This document shows, in pieces, positions 52,271-52,458 of a stretch of 52,458 bases of DNA. The stretch is taken from positions 1 to 52,458 of the IMG/VR virus record IMGVR_UViG_3300022689_000070. One strand, 5' to 3'. The stretch comes from a virus (Duplodnaviria > Caudoviricetes). The stretch's first letter is position 1; each line of letters starts with the position of its first letter. The notes beneath the pieces were generated by a model. The model had not been told where the DNA came from and did no database searches. It saw only the letters and a program-made list of their open reading frames with translations. A program made the position numbers and the translations under genes.

Positions 52271-52367
52271 GGGCTGTGTAGCTTAATGGTAAAGCTCACG
52301 TGTTTAAAAAAGGGGGCATCGCGTTGACCATCCTTGATGCAGGTTCGAGTCCTGCCACAGCCCACCA
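52271..52367 (+). tRNA. tRNA-like RNA (8-bp acceptor stem, intact D and T arms, CCA end, no canonical anticodon arm)
   Basis: GGGCTGTG/CACAGCCC-A-CCA; TAGCTTAATGGTAAAGC; GCAGG-TTCGAGT-CCTGC. Confidence 0.65.
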
Positions 52368-52458
52368 TTAACAGGAGATAGATAATGAGTGATGTTAAGA
52401 AACTCATGGAACAGGAGATGGAAAAAATAGAACTGTGTTGGTTTTGGTGTAAAGACAC
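52360..52458. repeat. Terminal direct repeat / circular assembly overlap (copy 2)
   Basis: Identical to 1-99. Confidence 0.95.

Noticed and set aside
52360-52458. 99-bp terminal repeat as biological phage termini
   Set aside because: The length equals a common assembly k-mer and the break cuts through the tRNA-like 3' end and a gene, so it is most likely a circularisation artefact

Overview
The window is an apparently complete ~52.36 kb dsDNA phage genome (positions 1-99 are repeated exactly at 52360-52458, consistent with a circular assembly overlap). It combines a lambdoid-type early/replication region (divergent promoters, Cro-like HTH, O-like initiator with iterons, Bet/RecT plus RecE-like exonuclease, DUF932, Dam-family MTase, Q-like regulator, two HNH endonucleases) with a podovirus structural module resembling BPP-1/T7 (TerS, TerL, portal, scaffold, capsid, tail tubular proteins, three ejection proteins, tail fibre) and a Gram-negative lysis cassette with spanins. 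I found no integrase, CI repressor, CRISPR array or DGR. The best candidate for a new system is a ~75-nt promoter-driven small RNA at ~6515-6590. Its unpaired segment UCAUCACUGUUC is complementary to a motif (GGAG-Nx-CAGTGATG) at the start codons of at least 11 early/middle genes but no clear structural gene, suggesting a trans-acting antisense regulon. Other highlights: a 4075-aa polyvalent ejection protein with enzyme modules separated by L-x-Q junctions, a LAGLIDADG group I intron splitting the capsid gene with an apparently non-canonical 5' splice site, a capsid leader RNA with three copies of one internal loop, and a tRNA-like RNA with an 8-bp acceptor stem and no proper anticodon arm. 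All family assignments come from motif recognition by eye; no database searches were run.
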